From: a plasmid
DNA: 64,000 nt
Strand: one strand, 5' to 3'
Sequence record: NZ_CP103154.1
Within the stretch, counting starts at the first letter, position 1; each line of letters opens with the position of its first letter. The position numbers and the translations under genes were made by a program. Of the stretch, positions 20,173-30,200 are shown piece by piece. The notes under the pieces are model-generated. The model had not been told where the DNA came from and made no database searches. It saw nothing but the letters and a program-made list of their open reading frames with translations.

Positions 20173-21641
20173 AACTGAGAGAAGCATTAGACACCTATAT
20201 GTTCGACAACGTGGGACAGTTCGGCGGCATCGCCGAATCACTGGGCTATCAGACCGAATACCGGGACGGATATTTCCGGTTCCGCAAAGACGGGGAAGAG
20301 CTGAGCATGAGCGTAAGCGAAATCAGGGAAAAAGCCGGAGCAAAGTACGATGAAAGCCTTCGTGACCAATCAAAAGAACGTGTATCCGCCCTTTTTGACA
20401 AGGAACGTGCCAATGATCCTAAATATGTCGCCGAGCTGGAGAAGGATGGCATCAGCATCAAGCGGTGGGAGAACCTGAAGGGACATGACAAGGACGGCTT
20501 TACCGTCATCGACCATCGCCTGAAGGTATGCTACACCGGACAGTCGCTCTATGAATACGCCTACAAGCAAGGGAACATCCTCGACGGGAAAGGCACCAAG
20601 CTGGAAAAGGGTGTCATGTCTGATTTGATGGAGATACACGGCAAACCGGGGAAGCTCCGTTTCAACGATGACGGAATCTCCGTATTCTACCGCAAAGAGG
20701 CGTTGGTTATCCCGGACAAGGTGCTGGGAAAGAAGTTGGGCAAGAAAGAGAAAGAACAGCTGCTTGCCGGTGACATCGTACCCATCACCGTAAATAAGAA
20801 GGACATCCTGCTGCAAGTTGACCGGGATCTGAACTCCGTCATCCTGCGCACCAACCAGGAAATCAAGATTCCCGACATCATCGGGCAGACCAGCGAATAT
20901 GGCGGCTACAAGTTAACCAAAGCCGACAAATACCTGCTCGCCAACGGCCATGCACTGGAGAACAAGCTGCTGCACAGTCCGGAAGGCTACTTCATTGCCG
21001 ACATCCAACTGACGGATGACAGGAAAGGAGTCATGATACAGAACATACAGAGTATCACTCCCGGCAAGGCACAAGAGCTGATCAAGGCCATGACCCCCAA
21101 ACTGGAAGCCCATGCGGCCAACATAGAAGCTGCAAAAGAGCAAAAACACGAAGAGGGGCGCAATATGGAAGCCGAGTTTAAGGAAGCGGTGGGCAAACAT
21201 GACTTTGAAAAAATCGGGAAGCTCAAAGAGGAAGGATATAAACCCAGTGAAGAGTTTATCAAAGGAATCGGTAAGGAACACGGTCTGGATGAAAGGCAAA
21301 CCCATGAAGTCATCCAGCTGTTCGGCACCAAGCCGGAAGAACAGGGCGAACATGAAAGGCAGGCCGCACGTCTGTTGGATGCCGCACAGACCGACAACTT
21401 TCATGTCATCCAAGAGATACAGAAAGAAGGGTACCGGCTCACTCAAGAAGACCTTACCCGGATGCGTGAAACGGGTGTGCAAGCCAACACACTGATAGCC
21501 GTACAAAAGATTTTCGGGATGGAAGGCAGCACAAAGACACTGGGAGATGTCAAACTGGCCAGCACACCCAAACCCGACAACAGCAAGGAAATGGCCCGTC
21601 CGATAGCCAGCACCATCAACCGGGCTTTCAATGACTTATAA
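20169..21641 (+). CDS. hypothetical protein of conjugative-element context (possibly DUF3945-like)
   Basis: 490-aa ORF whose start overlaps the traN stop (ATGA); charged, low-complexity central region; family call is tentative. Confidence 0.6.
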   Translation: MKLREALDTYMFDNVGQFGGIAESLGYQTEYRDGYFRFRKDGEELSMSVSEIREKAGAKYDESLRDQSKERVSALFDKERANDPKYVAELEKDGISIKRWENLKGHDKDGFTVIDHRLKVCYTGQSLYEYAYKQGNILDGKGTKLEKGVMSDLMEIHGKPGKLRFNDDGISVFYRKEALVIPDKVLGKKLGKKEKEQLLAGDIVPITVNKKDILLQVDRDLNSVILRTNQEIKIPDIIGQTSEYGGYKLTKADKYLLANGHALENKLLHSPEGYFIADIQLTDDRKGVMIQNIQSITPGKAQELIKAMTPKLEAHAANIEAAKEQKHEEGRNMEAEFKEAVGKHDFEKIGKLKEEGYKPSEEFIKGIGKEHGLDERQTHEVIQLFGTKPEEQGEHERQAARLLDAAQTDNFHVIQEIQKEGYRLTQEDLTRMRETGVQANTLIAVQKIFGMEGSTKTLGDVKLASTPKPDNSKEMARPIASTINRAFNDL

Positions 21642-21659
21642 CCTAAAAAATCAGGAATT

Positions 21660-21845
21660 ATGGATTACGATGAATTAGTACAGAAAAACATTGCAGGAGA
21701 AATCAGTGACTTAGAGTTTCTACTTGCACAGGAAGAGCTTGCACAAGCCTATCAAGAAGAGATGGCTGCCAAGCAGCAAGAGACAAACAACCAAACGGCC
21801 AGAGAATGGCTGCTTGATTACGAGAACAGAAATCTATACCAATAA
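21660..21845 (+). CDS. small acidic hypothetical protein
   Basis: 61-aa ORF between two larger genes on the same strand. Confidence 0.3.
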   Translation: MDYDELVQKNIAGEISDLEFLLAQEELAQAYQEEMAAKQQETNNQTAREWLLDYENRNLYQ

Positions 21846-21848
21846 ATC

Positions 21849-23042
21849 ATGGATACAGCAAGTGATAAAGCATTACAGCGTTTCGCCGAACTGATGATCG
21901 AAAAGATAAAGCAGGTGGAAGACAACTGGCAAAAGCCTTGGTTCGGGATAAAGGGTGGGGGACTTCCGCAAAATATCGAGGGAAGAACCTACAACGGAGT
22001 AAATTCCTTCATGTTGTTTCTACTTTCGGAAAAAGAGCAGTACAGCCTGCCGGTCTATATGACCTTCATGCAAGCCAAAGACAACGGCCTTAACATACTG
22101 AAAGGAGAAAAGTCATTCCCAGTCATTTACTGGAATTTCTCAGTAAGAGACAAGAACGGAAAGAAAATACCTTTCGACGTATATAAGAACCTGGATAAAA
22201 ACGAGCAGCAGGAATATAAGGTCACGCCGTTTCTGAAGACATACAATGTGTTCAACGTACAGCAGACCAATCTTCAGGAAACGAAACCGGAGAAATGGGA
22301 AGCATTGAAGGAGCAATTCAAGATACCGGCCATCAAGGACGAGCAAGGGATGCTCACCGTGCCTCTGATTGATGCGATGGTACGGGAACAGCAATGGATC
22401 TGCCCCATTTATTCCAAGGAAGGAAATAGTGCTTACCATGCAAGGGGAGAAGATAACCATATCGTCGTACCCCTGAAGGGGCAGTTTAAGGACGGAGAGA
22501 ATTTCTACTCCACACTACTGCATGAGATGGCGCACTCGACTGGAGAACCTGAGCATCTGAACCGGGAAAAAGGCGTGATTTTCGGAGACAAGCAATATGC
22601 CAAAGAGGAACTGGTTGCCGAACTCACCTCCGCTACCGTCGGGCAAAGCCTGGGAATATCCACCCATATCCGGGAAGAAAATGCCATGTATCTAAAAAAC
22701 TGGCTGGGAGCCTTGAAAGAAGATCCCAAATTCATCTACAACATCCTTGCCGATGTAGGAAAAGCCAGCAATATGATTCAGGAACATACCGCACGGATGG
22801 AACAGTACCTCACACCGGAGGAACGGTTCACGCAGGCCGTCCTGCAAGACAACCGTCCGGTATTGGAGCAGATGAAAAACGAAGGTTTTACCCCTTCATC
22901 ACGGTTATTGGAAAGTGTTGCGGCAAACCATCCTACAGCCGACAACCTTGAAACGCTACACAGCACTTTCGGCATTTCGCTGCCTTCCATGGAAGCGGAG
23001 CCAGCCATGAAAAATATGAATGAGCCACAGCTCGGATTATAA
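21849..23042 (+). CDS. ardC: ArdC-like antirestriction protein (N-terminal ssDNA-binding domain + zincin-like metallopeptidase)
   Basis: HExxH motif in LLHEMAHSTGEPEHL; N-terminal QKPWF...NGVNSFMLF segment typical of ArdC/DUF1738. Confidence 0.8.
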   Translation: MDTASDKALQRFAELMIEKIKQVEDNWQKPWFGIKGGGLPQNIEGRTYNGVNSFMLFLLSEKEQYSLPVYMTFMQAKDNGLNILKGEKSFPVIYWNFSVRDKNGKKIPFDVYKNLDKNEQQEYKVTPFLKTYNVFNVQQTNLQETKPEKWEALKEQFKIPAIKDEQGMLTVPLIDAMVREQQWICPIYSKEGNSAYHARGEDNHIVVPLKGQFKDGENFYSTLLHEMAHSTGEPEHLNREKGVIFGDKQYAKEELVAELTSATVGQSLGISTHIREENAMYLKNWLGALKEDPKFIYNILADVGKASNMIQEHTARMEQYLTPEERFTQAVLQDNRPVLEQMKNEGFTPSSRLLESVAANHPTADNLETLHSTFGISLPSMEAEPAMKNMNEPQLGL

Positions 23043-23061
23043 ACTTTTAAAAACCATCATT

Positions 23062-23529
23062 ATGTTTACAGGACAAATTATCGGTTATGTCGGTGCGGAT
23101 GCCCGGCAGAACAAGAACGGAAAAGGATTCAACTTCCATGTATCCACCAAGTACAAGAACGTGAACAACGAGGAACAGACCCTATGGGTATGCTGTTTCG
23201 TGAATTACGAGAGTAAAGTCTTTGAGTATCTGAAAAAAGGGACACAGGTATATGTCTGCGGCGATGTGTATGCCGATGTATTCCAGAAGGATGACGGTAG
23301 CCACATCCCATCCGTCAGCCTGACCGTCTCACGCATTGAGTTACTGGGAAAGGCAGAGAAAAAGAGAGCGGTGACGGAACGGCATCCGGACAACCCCAAT
23401 AACAGCAACGGCCATGGAAAGAGAGAAGAAAGACCTGTCATTCATCCTGATCCTGCTATCCACGCTCATCGGGACAGCCGTACTGTTTCAGTGGGCTATC
23501 GTTACGGGATTATACGCTCCACTACGTAA
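23062..23529 (+). CDS. ssb: single-stranded DNA-binding protein-like (OB fold)
   Basis: MFTGQIIGYVGADARQNKNGKGFNFHVSTKYKN...EEQTLWVCCFVNYESKVFEYLKKGTQVYVCGDVYADVF matches the SSB OB-fold pattern; long disordered tail. Confidence 0.55.
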   Translation: MFTGQIIGYVGADARQNKNGKGFNFHVSTKYKNVNNEEQTLWVCCFVNYESKVFEYLKKGTQVYVCGDVYADVFQKDDGSHIPSVSLTVSRIELLGKAEKKRAVTERHPDNPNNSNGHGKREERPVIHPDPAIHAHRDSRTVSVGYRYGIIRSTT

Positions 23530-25360
23530 TCCGGCCATGTGGGAAAGGCTGATGGAGAAGGATATCCTATTCCGGTTTCTCTACGTTATCCTGATCGGAG
23601 GCCTCGCTTTTCTCTTTCCGGTTGGCAAAGTGAAAGACGAAAACAAGAAATGGGTTTACACCAGTATGACACTGGTTACGGCATCCATGCTGGTTGTCGG
23701 ATTCAGCCGGTTATCAGCGTGGTATAACCTATTTGTATTTCCCATTCTATTCGTAGCGTACACGCTGCTTGTCATCAAGACTCTGCCTTATTTCATCCGG
23801 CGTCATGCCCAATCCGATGATAGCATTTTCGGGTTAAGCCGGGAAGAATCGGCTTTCTACTTCCGCTTTGAAACCGCCTCCGGGCCGCTGGTCATCCATA
23901 AGCCGCAGCAGAATGTCTATATCGACGGCGGTCCGGGAAGCGGTAAATCAGAGAGCTGGATCAAGGGAATCATCTACCAGTGCGCCGAGCGCAACTATGC
24001 CGGATTCGTGTACGATTGGGAGGGTGATCCCACCAAGGACAAGTCACCCATCCTCTCACGTATCGCATACGGAAGCATCGAACATTTCCGGAACAAGGGG
24101 ATGGAAACACCCCGTTTCGCCTATATCAACTTTGTGGATATGTCACGCACGGTCAGGGTGAACGTACTTTCTCCGCAATACATGTCAAAGGGAAACGAAT
24201 CGCTATTCATCCGCAATATCATCATGACACTGATGAAGAATCTGGAAGCAAGCTGGAAGGAAAAGACCGACTTTTGGGCCAACAATGCCATCAACTACGT
24301 CTATTCAATCGCCTATAAATGTTTCAAGGAAAGGAAGCTTGGTATCTGTACGCTGCCCCATGTGATAGCCCTTGCCCTTTCTGACAGCAACCTAGTATTC
24401 CACTGGCTGTCGGAAGATCCTGAAATCGCATTGAACATGTCCTCCATGCTGACCGCCTGGAAACTGGGTGCACAACAGCAGACAGCCGGAGCCGTATCAT
24501 CCGCACAGACTCCGTTGGTACTCCTGAACAACAAATACATCTTCTGGGTGTTGTCGCCACTTCCCGAAGAAGAGTTCTCTTTGGATATAACCAACAAGGA
24601 ACACCCAACGCTGTTATGCGTAGGCAATGCGCCCACCATCAAGGAAGCCGTTTCCCCTGCTATTTCCTGCATCGGCAGCGTCTTGATGTCACAGATGAAC
24701 AATCCCGGCAAAGCGACCAGCATATTCATGGTAGATGAATTTCCGACCATCCTGTTGCAAGGCATTGACACTTTCATCGGAACCGCCCGGAAGCACAATG
24801 TCGCTACCATTCTCGCCGTTCAGGACTTCAACCAAGCGGTCAGGGACTATGGAGAGAAAAGTGCCAACATCCTGAAAGCCTCCTGCGGAACGCAGGCTTA
24901 CGGTATGACCGGAAATGAGAAGACCGCCAAAGACATCGAGAACTTGCTTGGGGAGAAGAAAGAAGCGCAAGAATCTTATTCACACCAAGCCGGTGGCAAT
25001 AACAGTGTCACGGAGAGCCTGCAAAAAGAAAAAGTCTTAAAGGCAAGGGACATTGCCGGACAAGCAGCCGGACACTTCATTGGCAAGATTGCCGGAGGCA
25101 AGCCGCCATTCTTCAGCGTGCAGATGGATATGTGCCGTTTTGAAGAGAAGGAGATACCCCGTTTCTCCTTACCGGTCAAACTGGGCAACGGCAAAGAAGA
25201 GATGGAACTGGAAATCCTGGAAGAGATTATCCAGCAGAACTACATCAAAATCATTGAAGATGTCAACGCCATCCTCAAAAAGATAGAGGACAAATTAAAA
25301 GAAAAGTCAGCAGTTCCGCCAACCGGGACACACAAGACAGAACAAAAAATCATCCGATAA
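23414..25360 (+). CDS. type IV secretion coupling protein (VirD4/TraD/TraG family)
   Basis: Two N-terminal TM helices; Walker A YIDGGPGSGKSES; 648 aa; start overlaps the SSB-like ORF by 116 nt in another frame. Confidence 0.85.
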   Translation: MEREKKDLSFILILLSTLIGTAVLFQWAIVTGLYAPLRNPAMWERLMEKDILFRFLYVILIGGLAFLFPVGKVKDENKKWVYTSMTLVTASMLVVGFSRLSAWYNLFVFPILFVAYTLLVIKTLPYFIRRHAQSDDSIFGLSREESAFYFRFETASGPLVIHKPQQNVYIDGGPGSGKSESWIKGIIYQCAERNYAGFVYDWEGDPTKDKSPILSRIAYGSIEHFRNKGMETPRFAYINFVDMSRTVRVNVLSPQYMSKGNESLFIRNIIMTLMKNLEASWKEKTDFWANNAINYVYSIAYKCFKERKLGICTLPHVIALALSDSNLVFHWLSEDPEIALNMSSMLTAWKLGAQQQTAGAVSSAQTPLVLLNNKYIFWVLSPLPEEEFSLDITNKEHPTLLCVGNAPTIKEAVSPAISCIGSVLMSQMNNPGKATSIFMVDEFPTILLQGIDTFIGTARKHNVATILAVQDFNQAVRDYGEKSANILKASCGTQAYGMTGNEKTAKDIENLLGEKKEAQESYSHQAGGNNSVTESLQKEKVLKARDIAGQAAGHFIGKIAGGKPPFFSVQMDMCRFEEKEIPRFSLPVKLGNGKEEMELEILEEIIQQNYIKIIEDVNAILKKIEDKLKEKSAVPPTGTHKTEQKIIR

Positions 25361-25382
25361 CATTCAACAAAAGAATCCTACC

Positions 25383-25802
25383 ATGAGAAAAATTCATTCA
25401 TTATTAGCGGCAGCCTGCTTATTGGCCGCTTCATGCAACAAAGAGGAAATCCAATCGGAAACAGACAAAGCCGGCATGTATCACATCACCGTAGCCGTAA
25501 CCGGTTCCTCACCCAAAGGCAGTGTGCATATATATAATCTTGACGGCGTGAGATTCAGGAACGAACGCACCGGTACCTCCGCAGCTTCCGTAGATGAGAG
25601 TTTCACCGATAAAGCGGAATACAGCACGGAAAAGCCTGTCAGCCAAATTACCGTGCAAGGCATTCTCTATTCAAAAGAGAGTGCTATCATCACCATGCAG
25701 ATAAAAAAAGACGGGGAAAGCGTATTCAACCAGAGCAAACAGTTGGAGGCCGTTCCCGGTATAGACACTACTGTTGATTTGGTTTACAGTACCTTGAAAT
25801 AA
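25383..25802 (+). CDS. lipoprotein
   Basis: Lipobox MRKIHSLLAAACLLAASC. Confidence 0.55.
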   Translation: MRKIHSLLAAACLLAASCNKEEIQSETDKAGMYHITVAVTGSSPKGSVHIYNLDGVRFRNERTGTSAASVDESFTDKAEYSTEKPVSQITVQGILYSKESAIITMQIKKDGESVFNQSKQLEAVPGIDTTVDLVYSTLK

Positions 25803-25937
25803 AAATGCAGACGAATCAAAAAACATATACTTTCTCTTCCATATTTAGATGATATTTCTTATCTTTATGAAAGATAATCTTTCTCATTTATAATCTAAGC
25901 TCAGATAAAATGAGATTCAACTAATCCAGTCAACGTT

Positions 25938-26963
25938 ATGAAAGTCGATTTCAATCAGATAAAAACAACCATTTCTCTGCCCGATTTCCTGCTGGAACTA
26001 GGATGGAAAATCGTGGAAGGCTCTTCCAACTCCTGTCCCAAAATGAGCAACGGAACGCATACCATCGTCATCAAGCGGAACTCGCAGAACCAATACACCT
26101 ATTGGGACGTGCATAGTGACAGCGTGCGTGGCCGCAGTATCATGGATCTGATGCAGGAACATCTATTTGAAACAACCGGAAAAATGCCGTCCTTGCGCGA
26201 GGTGGGGGAGATCCTTCAGAACTACATCAACACCAACCGCATCACGACACCCGAAAAAAGCCGGTATGAAGTAGGTAACACAAGCATGAGAGCGGACGAA
26301 CTTCAATTCTACTTGAGCCAGCTACAACCCTACAAGGGCAATTATCTCCAGAAAAGAGGTATCCTGAAAGAAAGCATTGAAAGCCGGTTCTTCAAAGACA
26401 CTTTCTTTATCCGTGAGGTAAAGAACAAAGGGAGTGTTTACCGCAACGTGTGCATCAAGATGTACAATGAAAACGGTGTGCAAGCCATTTCTCAACGAAA
26501 TGAAACATTCAAAGGGATTATCGGTGGCAAGTTCGACTGTCTGGCGACCAGCAACCATGACAAAAGCCGCCCGATAGACATTCTCTACATTGGGGAGTCA
26601 TTTATAGACTGTATCTCCCACTATCAATTACGCCATTCCGGAAACGACCTCAATCTTGTATATGTATCTACGGAAGGGACATTCACGGAAGGACAAATGA
26701 GGCTATTACGCCTGATTCTTGACAAGAACCAGGTAAAGGAGCTCCGGAGCATCTTTGACAACGACAAACAAGGGCACAAGTACACTCTATGGCTGCATCG
26801 TTACTTTCATGGCGATACGACTGATGTCGAGAGCCTGAGTAACGATGAACTCCGCAACAAGGTACGGAAACTGAAGAACGTCGAACTTTCGGAAAACAAG
26901 GATTGGAACGATGATCTGAAAATCTCGTGTGGCATCTGTTCCTCCACGGAGGACGGCCAGTAA
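25938..26963 (+). CDS. toprim-domain protein (primase-like; DUF3991+Toprim type)
   Basis: 341 aa; C-terminal region with acidic toprim-like motifs (DILYIGESFIDCIS, ...FDNDKQG). Confidence 0.55.
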   Translation: MKVDFNQIKTTISLPDFLLELGWKIVEGSSNSCPKMSNGTHTIVIKRNSQNQYTYWDVHSDSVRGRSIMDLMQEHLFETTGKMPSLREVGEILQNYINTNRITTPEKSRYEVGNTSMRADELQFYLSQLQPYKGNYLQKRGILKESIESRFFKDTFFIREVKNKGSVYRNVCIKMYNENGVQAISQRNETFKGIIGGKFDCLATSNHDKSRPIDILYIGESFIDCISHYQLRHSGNDLNLVYVSTEGTFTEGQMRLLRLILDKNQVKELRSIFDNDKQGHKYTLWLHRYFHGDTTDVESLSNDELRNKVRKLKNVELSENKDWNDDLKISCGICSSTEDGQ

Positions 26964-27016
26964 CCTCATAGATTTGCTCCATCACATAATACGACAACCT
27001 ATAAAATCAGATCAAT

Positions 27017-27502
27017 ATGAATATCAAGCATTTATTTTTTTGTATGCTGCTCATTGCCTTTTCCTCATGCAGCAAACCCGGCTATGAGAAGGCCATTGCG
27101 GAATGGGTTCAGACAGATTCTCACGGCACCTGGACGGATTTAAAGTTCGAACTACTGGAAGTGTTGGAAACAGAAGACGTCACCGTATCGGACAGCCTGT
27201 GCTACCTGAACAACAAAAGCGCACAATTATCCGCTGTCATACAGAAAGCGGAAAGTCCCCGTGCCTTATTCAAACCGTCCTTTTCCGCCTATATGGAAGC
27301 CGAAAAAAGCCTGAAAGCAACGGATGCCATGAAAGCCATGTACCTGCACCGTGACAGTACGGAAGTTATCGGCAAGATATTAAAATGCAGGTATGCCATC
27401 GTCCAGCCACACTCAGGGGTGCAGCAGAAAAAGACGGCTTCTTTCCTATTGTCCCCCGACATGGAAAAATGTATCGGCAAACTAAAGCCGACAAGCAAAT
27501 AA
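27017..27502 (+). CDS. lipoprotein
   Basis: Lipobox MNIKHLFFCMLLIAFSSC. Confidence 0.55.
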   Translation: MNIKHLFFCMLLIAFSSCSKPGYEKAIAEWVQTDSHGTWTDLKFELLEVLETEDVTVSDSLCYLNNKSAQLSAVIQKAESPRALFKPSFSAYMEAEKSLKATDAMKAMYLHRDSTEVIGKILKCRYAIVQPHSGVQQKKTASFLLSPDMEKCIGKLKPTSK

Positions 27503-27537
27503 TCCGAGCGTAACGATGTGTAGCGACAACGTTTTTT

Positions 27538-27592
27538 GGGGTTCTTTTTTGGGCGTCTTCCAAAAAGAACTCCCACACATTTAGATGTGTGG
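27538..27592. terminator. bidirectional terminator-like tandem hairpins between convergent genes
   Basis: GGGGTTCTTTTTTGG-gcgtctt-CCAAAAAGAACTCCC followed by CCCACACAT-ttag-ATGTGTGGG. Confidence 0.45.
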
Positions 27593-27600
27593 GCTATTCA

Positions 27601-28581
27601 TTACACTACCATCCTTTCCCTTATCAACGGTATATTATCCCGTACCAAATTCAGAATCCGGTCATGATAGGCTGATAATTGGTTAGACTTTCCACGACAC
27701 TGGCACACCTCCATCCTGCTAAGTGAAAACTCCACCGTTTCCATGCGCCTTCCATCCACCGTTGCCGACATTATCAACGAATCTTCTCTCTTATAATAGG
27801 CGTTGCTGAATACACAATGATGCAGCAACTTTCCCTCTTTGTAAAAGTCCGAAAGGCTTTCCAATACCCGAACCATAATATTTCCATCCGCAAACGAAAG
27901 ATTAAAGAAACGTGATTTGGCAGCAATATAGTCTTTTTCATCCTTTTCAGAATATTTTTTCTTACATTTCCCCATCACCCAATCATGCGCTTCTTCTACA
28001 TTCAACGGACACAAATAATGAGGATTTCTCGCATCCAATTTATTTTCTATCAGCATATCCACATAGTCCAGCCACAAGTCCGCATCATGTATCACATAGT
28101 CATGTCTTAAACAGATTTTTACATACGTCCAATACTTATCTATACCGTATTTTCTCTCTAAAAATCTCAAGAACAAATTCATTTGCCCTGCCTTATATAA
28201 TATCTCCATCCGATTATCAGTTAATAATGTCATAAAGAAGGAACTCGGACAAATATCATAAAAGGCACCCTTAAATCCATTCCTCGTAAGTTCGGGTATC
28301 ACTTTCATTCTCGGATAGATAACTGCCGGGCAAATATCATAAATACGGTCATGATGCACATTCCGCTTACGCAATTCCAAAGAACTTCCATATATCCATG
28401 CATCGTAATAAAATATAGACATGCCCCGCAGCAAAGACAGCGTTTCTGTCTTGCCCTCTTTATTCATCCAACACTGTACCGCCTCAATTATAAAGTAATT
28501 AGCCGGAGACCCTTTTTCAGCCGGCAGTCCACCATAAAAAAACGGATAACTTGATATTGCTTGTATGTAGTAATCACACAA
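27601..28581 (-). CDS. PcfJ-like protein, C-terminal portion (apparent frameshift with 28488..28847)
   Basis: 326-aa ORF with a PcfJ-like conserved core; overlaps an upstream same-strand ORF by 94 nt. Confidence 0.6.
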   Translation of the reverse strand: MCDYYIQAISSYPFFYGGLPAEKGSPANYFIIEAVQCWMNKEGKTETLSLLRGMSIFYYDAWIYGSSLELRKRNVHHDRIYDICPAVIYPRMKVIPELTRNGFKGAFYDICPSSFFMTLLTDNRMEILYKAGQMNLFLRFLERKYGIDKYWTYVKICLRHDYVIHDADLWLDYVDMLIENKLDARNPHYLCPLNVEEAHDWVMGKCKKKYSEKDEKDYIAAKSRFFNLSFADGNIMVRVLESLSDFYKEGKLLHHCVFSNAYYKREDSLIMSATVDGRRMETVEFSLSRMEVCQCRGKSNQLSAYHDRILNLVRDNIPLIRERMVV

Positions 28582-28847
28582 AAATATTCTTTATATACAG
28601 CCGTCCTTTTCCTGCTATTCTCCAATTTCAGGTTCATACCGCAATGAGGACATTTACAGTTTTTCTTATCTTCCTTATCCCGCCATGTATGCCCACAATC
28701 CAAACAAAAGCAATTCCCCTTTGCATCACGCTTGAAATAATGCACAAAGCAATGTTTATAGGCATAACGCTTTTGAGCCTCTGAAACGGGAGCTAACTTC
28801 CTGCTCCCATTCACGATTTCCATTTGTAATTTTGTCTTGGGTTTCAT
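28488..28847 (-). CDS. zinc-ribbon N-terminal portion of the PcfJ-like protein (likely the same gene, frameshifted)
   Basis: CFCLDCGH...CKCPHCG zinc ribbon; 119 aa; its 3' end overlaps the 5' end of 27601..28581. Confidence 0.5.
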   Translation of the reverse strand: MKPKTKLQMEIVNGSRKLAPVSEAQKRYAYKHCFVHYFKRDAKGNCFCLDCGHTWRDKEDKKNCKCPHCGMNLKLENSRKRTAVYKEYFCVITTYKQYQVIRFFMVDCRLKKGLRLITL

Positions 28848-28848
28848 A

Positions 28849-29259
28849 TCAAAAAAGAGTTAACTGGGTTTGTACTTCGGTGTTGTTCTCACGTTTAGCT
28901 TGTTGACGCTTCTTCAACTTTGCCAATTCTTCCTCCTGCAATTTTTTGATAGCAGCCTCACGAGCCGCTTTCTTTTCTTCCTCTGACAATTCAACATGAT
29001 GATTTACGACTACATTACATTTCAATGGGCTACCCACCTCAATATTATCTTCCTGATAATAGTGCAACGCCATACCAAAAATTTCATCATCACTAAAACC
29101 ACAGCAACCGCTTTTCTTCACTTGGTTTAAAATATAGGTAATGCAATTATCTATATTCTTTGTAGGTTTTTGATAGACTGGAGCAAACAGACTATCCACC
29201 GCTGCCATATTATCAAGGTATGCCTTGATGGTACTTTTAAATTGTTCTGACACTTTCAT
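28849..29259 (-). CDS. PcfK-like protein
   Basis: 136 aa (MKVSEQFKSTIKAYLDN...CITYILNQVKKSGCCGFSDDEIFGMALHYYQEDNIEVG), the usual partner upstream of PcfJ-like genes. Confidence 0.55.
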   Translation of the reverse strand: MKVSEQFKSTIKAYLDNMAAVDSLFAPVYQKPTKNIDNCITYILNQVKKSGCCGFSDDEIFGMALHYYQEDNIEVGSPLKCNVVVNHHVELSEEEKKAAREAAIKKLQEEELAKLKKRQQAKRENNTEVQTQLTLF

Positions 29260-29447
29260 AGTATATCATTTTTAGATTTCATTTCACAATAAGCCAATTT
29301 CACGAGAAACAAGGAGAATAGGCAAATAAGAGCCAACAACGTAACCGACACAACCTTTATCGGACTTGGCGTTATTACCGCTCCGACAAACATAGCCACT
29401 GCACAAAGAGCGATGATGACCGAAAAAACAAATTGAATGATTTGCAT
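29256..29447 (-). CDS. small membrane protein
   Basis: 63 aa, two TM helices; first gene after repeat module copy A. Confidence 0.4.
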   Translation of the reverse strand: MQIIQFVFSVIIALCAVAMFVGAVITPSPIKVVSVTLLALICLFSLFLVKLAYCEMKSKNDIL

Positions 29448-29467
29448 ATACTTCTGCTACTTAGTTT

Positions 29468-30153
29468 GTTAAACTTCTAATTTTATGCTTCAGCTAGATT
29501 TAAAGACCTTTTTTTAAAACCCCTTTCCGGGATGGCCTTTTCTTTCTGCCGACTTTTTTTTTGAGCTTTCATGCCCCATCTGAGTTTATGAGCCTTTTTT
29601 TTACGGCACACAACAATAAGGAAGGAGGGATTAAGAAAAGTTTTGGACGACAAAAAATGTTGGGGACAGCGAAGCCGTCCGGCGTTATTTTTTCGGGACA
29701 AAGGGGCGAAGACCGGAACTCTTTCGTATCCATCCACCGAAATAAATTTGCCGTTCAAAAACAAAGGATCTCAGATGGAGCTATGAAAAAAGCACATTAG
29801 GGGAGGCAGAAAACAAGGAAAAGGGCAGTACGGAAAGTAAAACAAACCATACGGTTTTGCTTGCAAAACCGTATTCCTATCTCCCTGCCACAAGTGACAG
29901 GGGGGGAACGGGTTAGCAACGGACTGCCGGGACAAACGGTAAAAGGAAGGAACTGCAATACGGAAGAAGGAGGTTGTTTCGGCAATGCCGAAGCTCCGGA
30001 TGATGACCATTGCAATCCCGCCCACGTTTGGAACTTCTCTTTTCTGGTTTGCCCATAATCAGCCGCATAGCGGATGACTACGGGCAAACCGGGAATGAGA
30101 ACAGTCATTCCGATGAAGGGGAGGGTGGGGAAGAATACTGCGTGAACGCAAAA
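29468..30153. repeat. ~685-bp conserved noncoding module, copy A; structured-RNA or regulatory candidate
   Basis: Near-identical to 38571-39252 and 41639-42320; internal ORFs are not frame-conserved between copies; many hairpins; its left end lies about 20 nt from the start codon of the 29447 operon. Confidence 0.8.
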
Positions 30154-30159
30154 ACACTC

Positions 30160-30200
30160 TCGGATATGTAGCAAAAAAAAGCGGCACTAGGCCGCTTCAA
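30160..30200 (-). terminator. rho-independent terminator of the ssb gene
   Basis: On the minus strand GCGGCCTAGTGCCGC followed by TTTTTTTT. Confidence 0.6.

Noticed and set aside
20370-21506. Antisense ORFs (148, 136 and 197 aa) inside the 490-aa plus-strand gene
   Set aside because: The plus-strand ORF is longer, contiguous and translationally coupled to traN. The antisense ORFs are Ser/Leu-rich low-complexity artefacts.
29483-30174. ORFs inside the 685-bp module (93, 79, 84 and 125 aa) and their counterparts in copies B and C
   Set aside because: Their frames are not preserved between the near-identical copies. For example, the plus-strand 79-aa ORF diverges after 13 codons in copy C. The differences between copies are homopolymer indels, so the module is treated as noncoding.
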